The translations under genes were made by a program, and so were the position numbers. 64,000 bases of DNA, taken from positions 61,380,001-61,444,000 of the forward strand of contig OX597831.1 in the NCBI GenBank assembly GCA_951406725.2, read 5' to 3'. Positions within the stretch are counted from its first letter, which is position 1; every line of letters starts with the position of its first letter. The notes beneath the pieces were generated by a model, which was not told where the DNA came from, searched no databases, and worked only from the letters and a program-made list of their open reading frames with translations. Below are positions 51,664-64,000 of this stretch, one piece after another. Source of the DNA: Octopus vulgaris (taxonomy: Eukaryota).

Positions 51664-52394
51664 TCTTGAATATCACCCTGTCAGTTGAGTTCCATTAAAA
51701 GAGTATTCCACTCCATTGCGGACATCATCCCCAGCCAGAGCATAACTCAGCATCTTGATGTGTAGCTTCTGAATCCAACAGCATATGACTCATTGCTTTT
51801 TTACCCTCTCATTTACCCGCTTGGTTTAAATGTTAAGTATAGGGTCAAGGCCACAGCAAGTCCCTTCTCTGACTAAGCCATAACATTTTTCATTTTATAT
51901 TCTTATTTATTGTTTGAAAGCCACATAAAGGAAGAAATACCATCTTATTAAATCATTCATGGGATGGAATGTTTTTGCATGTTTTATGGCAAAGATTGCT
52001 TTTGAGATTGTCAGGTCAATTAGAGTAACATGTTAAGACCAGATTTTATTTCTTTCGTTGTTTCTTTATTTTTTTACTAGATATCTTCCCATCGTATGAG
52101 AAAGCATGAAAATTAGTATTTATTACATTCTCCTATATATTTTTTTTCTATCTGAACATTACTGTTGTTAAGTGTATGAGTAGTAGTATTAATGATACCA
52201 ATATCTGATGATGCAAGTAACAGATAGTTTTAAGGTTAGTTTGTTTGAATTCAGCCGGTTTGCAATATTGATTAAATTCACTGCTCAGTTTTCAAAACTG
52301 TTTTCACACAACTCTCACTGACGGACACACTGGTATCGTTGGCAAATTGAAGTGGAACTAAATGTATGGCTATGTGCATCTAGTTTATGTGATG

Positions 52395-52528
52395 TTGTCG
52401 ACTTTGCCTTTCACCCTTTAAATTAAGTACCAGTTACGCACTGGGGTCGATGTAATCGACTTAATACCTATGTCTGTCCTTGTTTGTCCCCTCTATGTTC
52501 AGCCCCTTGTGGGTAATAAAGAAATAGT
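52395..52528 (+). mobile_element. SINE family B 3' part
   Basis: GTCGACTTTGCCTTTCA..AGCCCCTTGTGGGTAATAAAGAAATAG. Confidence 0.8.
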
Positions 52529-52532
52529 TATT

Positions 52533-52695
52533 ATTGTTGTTGTTGTTGTTGTTGTTTAGCAACTACTGGCTGGATAGTTGGTTAGTGCTGCTCCTCAATC
52601 ACCACCTGCTTCTCCGCCATCCTCAGCCATCTCTCCCACACCTTGAGTGCCAGTCTGGGCTCCTTCGCAATCAATCGCCTCGGGGTCCGTCAGCT
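52533..52695 (-). mobile_element. Extremely 5'-truncated LINE 3' end with (AAC)n tail
   Basis: GC-rich island; minus frame TPRRLIAKEPRLALKVWERWLRMAEKQVVIEEQH*, short UTR, then AACAACAAC. Confidence 0.5.
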
Positions 52696-53012
52696 GTTGT
52701 TGCTGTTATTTAACCCCAGGTCGTCGCTGATTTGACAAATTTATGATCAAAGACATTCTAGCCATTACCTTTTTGACTTTATAGAGGCTGAAGAACTCCA
52801 TTGTCCAATGCGTATTTCCCTTACTTAAGATGATAGGATGTAATTGAGAAAGAATTTAACTGTTATTTCTAGCATTCTGAATGGTTGCATAACAGTCCTG
52901 TATATGGAATGTTGAATAGGAGCACCTCAAAGTATATGAGGTCTTTTAGTTTCTAAAGAAGTGAAGTTACCTATTTCTAAAAAAATAACTGAAATTCCAT
53001 AGATTACAACAA

Positions 53013-53447
53013 GGCGCAGGAGTGCCTGTGTGGTAAGTAGCTTGTTTACCAACCACATGTTTCCGGGTTCAGTCCCACTGCGTGGCACCTTGGGCAAGTG
53101 TCTTCTACTATAGCCTTGGGTTGACCAAAGCCTTGTAAGTGGATTTTGTAGACGGAAACTGAAAGAAGCCCGCCGTATATATGTATATATATATGTATGT
53201 GTTTATGTTTGTGTATATGTTTGTGTGTCTGTGTTTGTCCCCTCCAACATCACTTGACAACCGATGCTGGTGTGTTTACGTCCCCCTAACTTAGTGGTTC
53301 GGCAAAAGAGACTGATAGAATAAGTACTAGGCTTCCAAAGAATAAGTCCTGGGGTCGATTTGCTCGACTAAAGGTGATGCTCCAGCATGGCCACAGTCAA
53401 ATGACTGAAACAAGTAAAAGAGTAAAAGAGAGAGAGAGAGTAAAGAG
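53013..53447 (+). mobile_element. SINE family A copy, near full length
   Basis: GGCGCAGGAGTG head to GTAAAAGAGTAAAAGAG tail. Confidence 0.9.
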
Positions 53448-54011
53448 TATAGGCACAAGGCCTGAAATTTGGGGGAGGGGTCTAGTTGATTACATCAATC
53501 CCAGTGGATCAGTGGTACTTATTTTATCAGCACCTCATGACCACCACCAAAAGGATGAAAGGCAAAGCTGACTTTAGCAGAATTTGAACTCAGGACATAA
53601 AGAGGGATGAAATGATGCTAACGATTTTGTTGGTTCACAGACTTAGTTGTAGATTACAACATCAAAACTGATTTTTTAGCTCTAGAAATTATTTGAGGTT
53701 GTGACATATATAGCCATTTGCATCAGCTAATTTACTAAGAAATTAATTGGAAGAATGAAGACCCAAGTAAATCATTCTTGAAGTTATACTGAGAGAAGTA
53801 TAGGATACTGTACTTTGTTAAAAATTTAAGAATGTGCTAAGTTATAACTTTTTATAGAAAGTTAGTTAAAAGAAGTAGAATGTGGAACTAGAAATGGGTT
53901 GTAGTTGTTGAAGTTACAATCATTTCCGTATTTGAATATAGGAGTATTATATTCCTTTTTAATTCATTCTGTAAAAAAAAAAACATCAATAAGAATAGAA
54001 TTAAATCTAAC

Positions 54012-54270
54012 TGGCATACCTACACAAGTGTGCCCACCACTATTTCAAGTTACATTTTGTAGATATATATGTGTGATGTGTACTAATATTATGTGTGTAC
54101 ATCAACAGTTTTTCCCTTGCTTTTTGTTTCTTCTTCACATTAAATTCTGATATAATCGTAATCTATTTCATCTCAAAGGTATATGTACAAAATTTCATTT
54201 AAAAATATCCATTTTTCTGAAAGATATGAGGTAACAAATTCATCAGGAGCACATTTGTGTAGGTATGCCA
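54012..54270. mobile_element. MITE with 22-bp inverted termini
   Basis: TGGCATACCTACACAAGTGTGC / GCACATTTGTGTAGGTATGCCA; superfamily not assignable. Confidence 0.65.
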
Positions 54271-55789
54271 TTAAATAATCGAACCTAATTAGAAAAGAAA
54301 ATAGAAGAGAGCCAACATATATGTGTCAATGTTTCAAATATATATGTTTTTAAACAGACATATTTATAAAGCAACTCTTACCAAACGACAGACATGTTTT
54401 GAGAAAATAATTATTACTATAATACCAAAAACCAACCTGCTTTTAAGTAGAGGGGTAGCAGAAAAATCAGAACATAATAACACAATTGTTAAATATTTAG
54501 GACATATGAAGCATAAATCTTCTACTTCACACACAGTCATAGCCAATGCATAATATAATTGGATCAAACAGAAAACTTATTTCATTCTATCTTAGCAGGA
54601 AATTAAATATCTGTGGTAGCATCTGTTATACGGAGTTGCTAATCAAAGGGGCCGCACTTGAAATGTCCAAGCCATATTATTATTTGTGTGCTTCTAACAT
54701 GAAAATGATGAAAATATCTGATACTAGAAATAAAATACAAACTTAAGTTGTCGCCTTACCTAAGACTATGTCTGGAAGCTTTACTCTTCAACTTTTGGAA
54801 TTTAATTTGTAAATAAGAACCTATAAGCAGTAGTATAGTGAATGATATAAAAGAAATCTTACTTCTTTATAATTAGATTAAGGTCATTAGCAGCATCATA
54901 GAAATTCAGACATGTTTTCTTAGCTTTAATGCAATAATGTTCACATTTTACTTGGCGAGGTTTTCTCACTTGATGTATTTCAAGTCCTTTTAAGTGGAAT
55001 TTCTTTTATAAATGATTTGATTATTTCATCAAGAGTATTTTCTTTTCAAGTTTTCTCAAGTTGTTTAGCTGTTCTTAATAGAATATAAATAAACAACTTA
55101 AAGAATAGATGGTAACATAGGGGATATAGCAATTCAGATATATATATAACAGCTAAAATACAAGACTATTTAATTATATACACTATTCCCAGGTTTTCGT
55201 GATTAAAATTTTTCCCTTAATGGCTGAGATATCCTATTGGTAGGCCAGCGAAAGAGCATCTACATGGTCATTTGATTTACTAACAATAGCAGTCACATTC
55301 ATGTTAAACTACACCTCACCATTTTAAAAATATAGAAGCACTGTCTGGAATAATGTAGACTTGGATACATTGCCTAAAGGTAAGATAAGATGGACATGTC
55401 TGGAATACAACTTGATTAGAACTGGCCTGAAGTTTGTTCTTCTCTGCAGCCAAAATTTACAAAAGTAAAGAGAATGAGCAACAAAATCACCTGCAAACTT
55501 GGTCAAGTTTGGCAGTTTATGCTCTGACACTTTCAATTGCTTTAAAATATTCCTCACAGCAAGACTAAATGAGTTTACATATAACAAATTTAATAATTCA
55601 TATAATGCGCGGTGACTTTTCTTTTTTGCTTTAAATATTTATTATCAAACTTTCGTTGATGTCTGAATATCAATAAATTTCTATAAAATGTTTACTTGCA
55701 ACTTTATGAATGTGTGTGGTAATTTTAATCAGTAGCCCAGCTTAAAACCACTCGTTGGTTTTGGGGTAATTTCAGAGAGCTTACGTTTG

Positions 55790-56020
55790 TTTGTTTGCCT
55801 GTGTTTGTCCCCTCAACATCGCATGACAACCTATGCTGGTGTTGTTTACGTCCTCCTAACTTAATGGTTCGGCAAAAGAGACTGATAGAATAAGTACTAG
55901 GCTTACAAAGAATAAGTCCTGGAGTCGATTTACTCGATTAAAGGCAATGCCCCAGCATGGCCACAGTCAAATGACTGAAACAAGTAAAAGAGTAAAAGAG
56001 AGAGTGAGTAAAGAGTATAG
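55790..56020 (+). mobile_element. SINE family A 3' half
   Basis: Family A 3' modules and tail. Confidence 0.8.
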
Positions 56021-56936
56021 GCACAAACATCTCTTGCAAACATTTGAGTCACATTTCCTGACTGGAAACAGCTTCCTACCACTCCACTATCCTCAGGGAC
56101 ACTGAATGCTCCGTTCCTCTGACTAAGCAATAATGAAAACAAAACAGAAAACAGGAGTGTATGAGTAGATTAAAATCAATATCATGATTCTAGAATTGTC
56201 TGTCTTGTGTTTCCTTTCACTCATATTTTCAACCTTGGATTTCACTCATAAAGACTTGAATCTATCTCTGTTTACTTATACTGAAATATATAACGCAAAC
56301 TGTAGTGCAAAGGCTGTCATACAACAATGAAACATAACGAGTGAAAATAGATAATGTACAAAAACTAGCGAACCATGAATTGATCATTATTAAAAGATGT
56401 ACCATGAAATGTAATGAAACAAACTGAGTGCAATCAAAATGAGAAAAACTTTGATATATGAAAAACTGCTTTGTTGGTGTAGAAATGAAAAGATGGCAAC
56501 TGAGTGTAAGACAGAAGTTCGAAAGATAATAATTTCTAACACATTTTCGAGGCAATAAATTTGTGAGGTGGAGACTGTCATTTCTGTTGCACCCCTGTCA
56601 ACTCACCAGTGCATAACTGGTACTTCATTTTATCAACTTCAAAATGGTGAAATGCAAAGCTGACCTTGTCAGGATCTGAATGCAGAACCTAAAGAGCTCC
56701 AACAATTAGTGCATGGCATTTGCCTTGATGCTCAAATGATCAACTAAACTAGTGTAGTAAGCATGTTCGCTCTTTACATTTAGGTACCCACATTTTGGCT
56801 CATCATGTGATAATCAAGTCCATCCAGCTTTACAGGGGCTGTCCATCCCTTAACATGATAGACTACCCAAGCATGCCAACATCGGCTGTAGAAGGGAAGC
56901 TTTTCTTGCTAATTCCTCAGTGTGGTGGGTTGTCAA

Positions 56937-57170
56937 GGCGGCGAGCTGGCAGAAACATTAGCATGCTAGGCGAAATGCAAAGCCGTATTTCGTCTGCCAT
57001 TATGTTCTGAGTTCAAATTCCGCTGAGGTCGACTTTGCCTTTCATCCTTTCGGGGGTCGATAAAGTAAGTACCAGTTACGCACTGGGGTCGATGTAATCG
57101 ACTTAATCCGTTTGTCTGTCCTTGTTTGTCCACTCTATGTTTAGCCCCTTGTGGGTAGTAAAGAAATAAA
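56937..57170 (+). mobile_element. SINE family B monomer, near full length
   Basis: GGCGGCGAGCTGGCAGAA head, GAGTTCAAATTCC B box, GTAAAGAAATA tail. Confidence 0.9.
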
Positions 57171-58345
57171 AATAGGGTTGTCATGAGTGAAATCAGATCT
57201 TTAGTATGAGAGCAGTTTTATTCTGCTTCACAGCTTCAGTGAGGAGAGAATGTTCTGGAGAATTTCTTGTTGTCATGCTTTGTGTTCTTCCTGTGCATCT
57301 CAACAAGAACAAGAAGAACGGTGAACCTATGTATTTTAATCAACAGAATTATTCATCTATACCAGTTGCAGTATTTTCTTTTAGTGGCAAAATAAATGTG
57401 GCAGTCAACTTTATTATGACTTCATATTTCTTGATGTTCTTTATCACGACTCTCATTCACCCAGAGATTATAATATTACCAGGGCCTTAGCTACATGCAC
57501 TCTTTTTCACAACACTAAACCATCATTCTTACAAGGTATCCAAGCATTCAGATTATTCTGTCAAATGTAATGCTTGTTCACATTGTTTAGAAATTAATCA
57601 TACATTATCTTGTAGCTTTGAAATTTTGATGATGTGGTTGTATATGTTTAGAATGACACTGTACGGTAGGTTTATGAGACCAGATCTGGCTGATTCAAAC
57701 ATCTAACAAGAAGAATATTTGGGCCAGATATGGCTGGTTTAAATAAATGCTAAAGAATTAAAAACAATAGTTGTTACATATCATTTCTTGAAGTAGTATT
57801 ATATGGATAGATGCTCTTCTGCCAAAACTTATTTTCAAGAACATAATTTATTCTGCTTATTTTTCTGAGTTATGGAACATATCCTTTATAGAGGACAGCA
57901 TACCCAAGTGGTGTCAATGCAAATTAATATGAAGTCAATTGCATACACACAGTGCATGCACATATATAAATACATATATTTCTGTATGTATATATATATA
58001 TAAAATAAAATACAAAATGGGATTATTCTTATTATTGTTTTTTATTGTATTTTTGTATTTATATTCGTGTAACATTGTCTGTTTTTCCGTCCTTGTTTTA
58101 TTTACATTCGATGCTTTTTTCCAAGGAATCTAATGCTCTTAGCTTAGTTTTTCCTTGGGGGTGGCCGGATTGGAGCAATCTCAAGATTAATCACCTAAAA
58201 TTGCAATGATGATCCGGTTCTTGACTGAAGATAAAAGGCTTCGAATGACCCAACCGTGTTTTTTTGTATCGTCTATCTGGATGTTTTGTTGTCCCCTTTT
58301 GTATCACCTAGTTGTCTGGATGTTTTGTGTTCTTGTCCCATTGTG

Positions 58346-58398
<53 letters not shown>

Positions 58399-58418
58399 TT
58401 CTACTTACACTTTGTTCT

Positions 58419-58458
<40 letters not shown>

Positions 58459-59029
58459 TGTGTGCATGTGTGTTTGTATATAGGTGCAGGTTGGCTGTGT
58501 GGTAAGAAGTATGCTTCCTACCCACATGGCTCTGGGTTCACTCCCACTGCATGGCACCTTGGGTCTTCTAGTAGTCTCCTACTATAGCCTAAGGCTGGCC
58601 AAAGCCATGTCAGTGGATTTGGTAGGTTGAAACTCAAAGAAGCCCATTATATATGAATAGAAAAGAAGTTTGCTATTAAATTCAACAGAATTTTTGACAC
58701 TTGAACCCTTGAACCCCATTCAAGACAAAATAAATAAGAAGGTTATTAAAGGGAAAGTATCAAACATGTTCATAACTATGACACAGAATATGAGAACAAA
58801 CTGCTTTAACTTCTAGTTTTTTTCTTATTTTCTAATCCTTGTCTTTGAATTTTTAGTATTTGATAAGCTGGACATACATATCAAAACTGGTAATATTATT
58901 TAAAAGTCCCTTAACGTAACAAATATAAAAATATTTTGGTTGATTAAAGAAGAAAGTAAAAAGGATCTTTAAACATACTTTTGTTCTGTTTCCACTTTTC
59001 CTTTACACCTATAACCTTTGATTTATATA

Positions 59030-59381
59030 AGCACATGGCTCAGTGGTTAGAACATCACACTCACAATCATGAGATAGTAAGTTCAATTCCCGGAGCAGGC
59101 TGTGTGTTGCGTTCTAGAGCAAAACACTTTATTTCACATTACTTCAGTTTACTCAGTTGTAGAAATGAGCGGCAATGCAGCAACGTCACTGGTGCCAAGC
59201 AGTATAGGCCTCTGCCTTTCCCTTAGATAACCTCAGTAGTATGAAGAGAGGGAAGCTGGTATGCATGTGCGACTGCTGGTCTTCCATAAACAACCTTGCC
59301 CAGACTTATGCCTCGGAGGTGAACTTTCTAAGTGCAATCCTACAGGCATTCATGACCAGAGTGGGGTCTTTACCCTTTACT
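59030..59381 (+). mobile_element. SINE family C copy
   Basis: CATGGCTCAGTGGTTAGA head, AGTTCAATTCCC B box, TTTACCCTTTAC tail. Confidence 0.85.
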
Positions 59382-59384
59382 CTG

Positions 59385-59622
59385 TATGTGCCGGTGGCAT
59401 GTAAAAAGTACCAACCGATTGTGGCCGTTGCCAGCCTTGCCTGGTACCGTGCTGGGGGCATGTAAAAAGCACCCGCTACACTCACAGAGTGGTTGGCACT
59501 AGGAAGGGCATCCAGCTGTAGAAACTCTGCCAGATCAGACTGGGCCTGGTGCAGCCTCCTGGCTTCCCAGACCCCCAGTCAAACCATCCAACCCATGCTA
59601 GCACAGAAAGCGGACGTTAAAC

Positions 59623-59670
<48 letters not shown>
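59385..59670 (+). mobile_element. SINE-like family D copy with long (GAT)n tail
   Basis: Reverse complement of the 4525 module. Confidence 0.85.
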
Positions 59671-60059
59671 ATATCACCATCCTCATCATCATCACTTCAT
59701 TGTCATCATTTTACATCTGCTTTCAGTACTGGCATAGGCTGGATAAGTCTTCACAGCCTGAGTTATTTCTTATTAGGAATCACTTACTCTGTTCCCATAA
59801 ACTGATGTTCATATGTATCATATGGCTTGGTTTCTACAGCTGAATGACCCTACTATCAAAAACAACTTTAACTGCAACCCCACTGGTTATGACAAGAGTT
59901 CCAGTAGTTGATCTGATCAATGGAATAGACATTTTTTTAAATGTCCATCGTTTTTACACAATATGATGTGGTTTAAGAATGAGACTAGCAGCCTGAGTGA
60001 TTATGAACTGGTATGTATATACTGTTGTACACGGTAAGGGCTTCTTTATCTTTATTATT

Positions 60060-60762
60060 AGGGGTATTTCATCTGGAAATAATATTTCATCTGTCTTCGT
60101 GTTCTGAGTTCAAATTCCGTAGAGGTCGACTTTGCCTTTCATCATTTCAGGGTTGATAAAACAAGTACCAGTTGAGTACTGGGGGTCACTTTAATCAACT
60201 ATCCCCCGCCACCAAATTTCAGACCTTGTGCCTATAGTAGAAAGGATTAGTATGCTAATATTAGGTTATTAAAGGTGGCAAGCTGGCAGAATTGCTAGCA
60301 TGCTGGGCAAAAAAAAACGGTATTTCATCCATCCATATATTCTCGGTTCAAATTCCACCGCGATCAACTTATCCTTTCAGTGTCAATAAAATAAGTACCA
60401 CTAGCAGACTGGAGTCAATGTATTTGACTTACCCTCTCCCATGAACTTGTTAAGATTGTGTCAAAATTCAAAAGCAATATCAAGTTATAGAAGGTGTCAA
60501 GTTGACAAAATCGTTAGAATGTCAGACAAAATGCCTATTGTTAATTTTAACACAATGAGCAGGCAGAGTCATTAGCATGCCAGGTAAAATGCTTGGCAGC
60601 ATTTTGTCCATCCTTATGTCCTGAGTTCATATTCCCCTGAGGTTGACTTTGCCTTTCATCCTTTCAGGGTTGATAAAATAAGTACCAGTCAAGCACTGGG
60701 GTTCATGTAATCAACTAGCCCCCCGCCCCAAAATTTCAGGCTTTGTGCCTATAGTAGAAAGT
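60060..60762 (+). mobile_element. Cluster of older family-B-type SINE copies, head to tail
   Basis: Three GAGTTCAAATTCC..GACTTTGCCTTTCATC..AAGTACCAG units. Confidence 0.75.
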
Positions 60763-60882
60763 AATACAAGGTTATCAAGAAAGCACATTAGGTATTAGGA
60801 TTTTTGTGAATAAATTAATATGAATATATATACTGGTTTCTGGTTTGTTAACTGCTTGTTTAGTGAAATTACCTAATAATTA

Positions 60883-61073
60883 GAAATATTGAATTTCTAA
60901 ATGTCTCAAAGAGACATGAGCGGTGGTGTAGCGATAGAGTGGTTGTATAATGTCAAGGACACAGGAAATGTGTCAAAGCCGACAGGAAGCATCGATGCTT
61001 CCTAGGGCTATATAGCGGTGGTGTAATTCCCTTTACAGGACTGTCACATTATGTTGACATTATACAACCACTC
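60883..61073. mobile_element. Second, internally deleted copy of the foldback element, 13-bp TSD
   Basis: TACCTAATAATTA at 60870 and 61074; same head and right arm as 15859-16202. Confidence 0.8.
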
Positions 61074-61710
61074 TACCTAATAATTATTTTGTTGAATTTT
61101 TCATTTGTGATTATCTATATCTCTTGTAGAGTCTTCTATTTTTAGCGCTATGATTTTGTCTTGAGTATTATTAAAATAACCTGCTGGTTTCTATTTCTAG
61201 CATATTGTAAGACCACGTAACGACTCACTTGTTGCGATTCCTCATATCAAGAACGTTGAGATAACGGGCAGCTGCTGATAGGCAAGCTATTCGTATTTCA
61301 ATTTCAAAGCCTTGCCACATTACAGCTATTCAACAACAATAGGACCCTTAACAACAACAGGGCATGACAGCATCCATATCAAATGACAGATTAATAACAG
61401 TTAATATCATATAAATGTTTACCTTGCACTACATAGGATGATATTAAATTTGATATGACAAAGAAATCTGTCAAGCATTTCATTCATTAGCAGTTAAATC
61501 TATCAATAGATCAATAAAATCACTATTTAATTAGTGATATTGTTTAAAGTCTTCAATGGACAACAATAGAGGAGAGCTGTACGAAACAAAACTAAATAAA
61601 TAACACTGAATACAATTTTTATAGAATATTCTATATTTTACGCTTTATTATAATGATATGGAGCGATATATAAATAAATGTGACTTTTATTAGCAAAGTG
61701 ACTTCATGTG

Positions 61711-61733
61711 AATAATAATAATAACAATAATAA

Positions 61734-61764
<31 letters not shown>

Positions 61765-61873
61765 AATGATAATAATAATAATAATAATAATGATAATAAT
61801 AATAATGATAATAATAATAATAATAATAATGATTATAATAATAATGATAATAATAATGATAATAATAATGATG

Positions 61874-61936
<63 letters not shown>
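61711..61936. repeat. (AAT)n microsatellite with GAT variants
   Basis: About 225-bp trinucleotide array. Confidence 0.95.
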
Positions 61937-62238
61937 TTCACCCATTGCTTTCTTTTTGCTTTTACATTGAACCAGAGATGACATCTCATAAAACTATTGA
62001 CAATGGTTAATTCAATGACTATATATATCATAATAGAAACATTGGCAGAGATCAATGCCGAAAGAAAATTCTTCATGGAGAAAATTTAAAATAAGACTAT
62101 TTTAATTTGCAATTTTAGTTATTTTCTGACAAATGTGTGAAAATTGATGAATATTTCAGTCTACAAATGTTATAATAAAAATAAGAACACTTAGAATTAT
62201 TATTATACTTATTATGATTATTATTATTATTATTATTA

Positions 62239-62272
<34 letters not shown>

Positions 62273-62495
62273 CATCATTATTAAGAAGGCAGCAAATTTG
62301 CAGAATCATTAGCACACTGGACAAAATGCTCAGCGGTATTTCATCTGTCTTTACGTTCTGAGTTCAAATTCTGTCGAGGTCAACTTTGCCTATCATACTA
62401 TCATTAGTATCAGTTGAACACTGGGGTCAAATGTAATTGACATACTCTCTCCACCAAAACTTACTGGCCTTTTACCAAAATTTGAAACTATGATT

Positions 62496-62536
<41 letters not shown>

Positions 62537-62681
62537 CCTATCATTAGGGCAGTGGGCAAGTTGAGCCATTACTACACTAGATAAAATGCATTTTTTAGCA
62601 GCATTTCTTCTGGTGTATTACATTCTGAGCTCAAATTCTGCAGTAGTTGATTTTGCCTTTCATACTTACATGGTTGATATA

Positions 62682-63191
62682 TTGGGTTGTCCGGAAAGTT
62701 CGTGCCGTTTTTTAAAGGAAAGGAAAAGGTCAATAAATACTTACCATTACATTTTTAATCAACAAAATATTAACCATTTCGTTGCACAGTGCGTCTCCAT
62801 CTTTCCTTTAACTTGAAAATACCCTCTTCCCAGAATTGAGGTGGTTTTACGTCATCCAAGGAATGGAAACTTTTACCATAAAGACAATTCTGCAAAGACT
62901 TGAATAAGTGGAAATCCGAAGGAGCAATATCTGGTGAATATGGAGGGTGGGGTAGCACATCCCAGCCGAGCTGCAGCAATTTTTGTCTGGTTCCCAAAGC
63001 ATCAAGTGCCGAAAATGGACTTTCTTCTCTTCCATTTTAAAGGGTTACAAAATTAACACAGGTTATAGGAACATAAATCTTCTTCCCCGAAAAGATAGCT
63101 TAAACCGTGCTCTAAATGGACTCAACCATGTTCTAAAATAAGTCGAAGTGTAAGCTACTATAAATCGGCATGAACTTTCCGGACAACCCAA
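62682..63191 (-). mobile_element. Internally deleted mariner (mellifera-like), both TIRs intact
   Basis: TA|TTGGGTTGTCCGGAAAGTTCGTGCCG ... CGGCATGAACTTTCCGGACAACCCAA|TA; LGWDVLPHPPYSPDIAPSDFHLFKSLQN; inserted in an old SINE. Confidence 0.92.
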
Positions 63192-63907
63192 TAATAAAAA
63201 TAGTCAAGCAATGGAGGTAATATAATTGACAAGCCCCCGCCCACAAAATTTCAGACTTTGTGCCTATAATAGACAGCCTTGACTATAATTAAAGGCAACA
63301 AGCTGACAAAACCAATTAGCTCATAAGATGAATTAGTGGCATTCCTTTTAGATGTATACACTCTGAGTTCAGACTCCACCAAAGCCAACTTTCTTTTTTA
63401 TTCTTTCATGCTTGATAAAATAAATATCAGTTGAACACTGGAGTCAGAGTAATCGATTACCCAACTAATATAGTCCTTGTGCCTATACTAGAAAGAATTG
63501 TTATGATTATTGCTAGTGCAGTGATCTGGTATGATTGCTGCCACACTGGACAAAATGCTTAGCAGCATTTTCCCATTCCTTTACATTCTGAGTTCAAATG
63601 CTGTTGATGTGATTGATTTCCCTCTTCCTTCACAATTGCTGACTTTGAACCAAAGTTAGAAAGAATAATAATTATTGTTCTTGTTGTCGTTGTTAATATT
63701 ATTATCACAAAGTAGGGTTGGAAGCTGTCAGAATGCTTAGCGGCATATTTATCTGTCCTTTTGAAGTCAATAAAATAATTACTAGTTGTGCAATAGGATC
63801 AATGTAATCAACTGACCCCTTCCCCAAAATTGCTGACCTTGTACCAAAATTTGAGATTAAGTATGGATGCTTTCTTGAAGCTTTGTGAAAACAAGGTTCC
63901 TCAAATT

Positions 63908-64000
63908 CTCTTTTATTCTCTTTTACTCATTTCAGTCATTTGACTGCAGCCATGCTGGAGCACTGCCCTTGGTCGAGCAAATCACTTATTCTTTGTAAGC
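63908..64000 (-). mobile_element. SINE family A tail, runs off the window edge
   Basis: CTCTTTTACT..TTTCAGTCATTTGACTGCAGCCATGCTGGAGCA. Confidence 0.8.

Noticed and set aside
54599-56123. Assorted exon-like segments (54599 +, 55491-55564 -, 56080-56123 -)
   Set aside because: Inconsistent strands and phases, and no identifiable protein
58205-58240. Hammerhead-like ATGATGA..GATA motif
   Set aside because: Both core boxes are mutated and stems I and III do not close
61229-61325. Minus-strand exon VMWQGFEIEIRIACLSAAARYLNVLDMRNRN
   Set aside because: The donor lies in what looks like a decayed repeat fragment, the acceptor is weak and no homology was recognised

Overview
AT-rich, repeat-saturated eukaryotic non-coding DNA (intronic or intergenic). 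The SINE families, RTE LINE relics and dense microsatellites are of the kind known from octopus (coleoid cephalopod) genomes; this is an inference from repeat content, not a database result. No host protein-coding gene can be called with confidence: most ORF-track entries are microsatellite or SINE artefacts, and only a few weak exon-like segments remain. The window holds four recurrent SINE-like families, RTE-clade LINE fragments (one with three C2H2 fingers), four Tc1/mariner relics, a BED-finger hAT relic, a non-autonomous Helitron and several MITEs with recognisable TSDs. Most notable: a dispersed set of minimal type-I hammerhead-ribozyme motifs (Penelope-type); a two-copy structured hairpin element with 12-13 bp TSDs; long local foldbacks (candidate dsRNA/ADAR substrates); and a 171-bp local sequence copied into a SINE. 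Repeat boundaries were read by eye and are approximate unless a TSD or TIR is cited.
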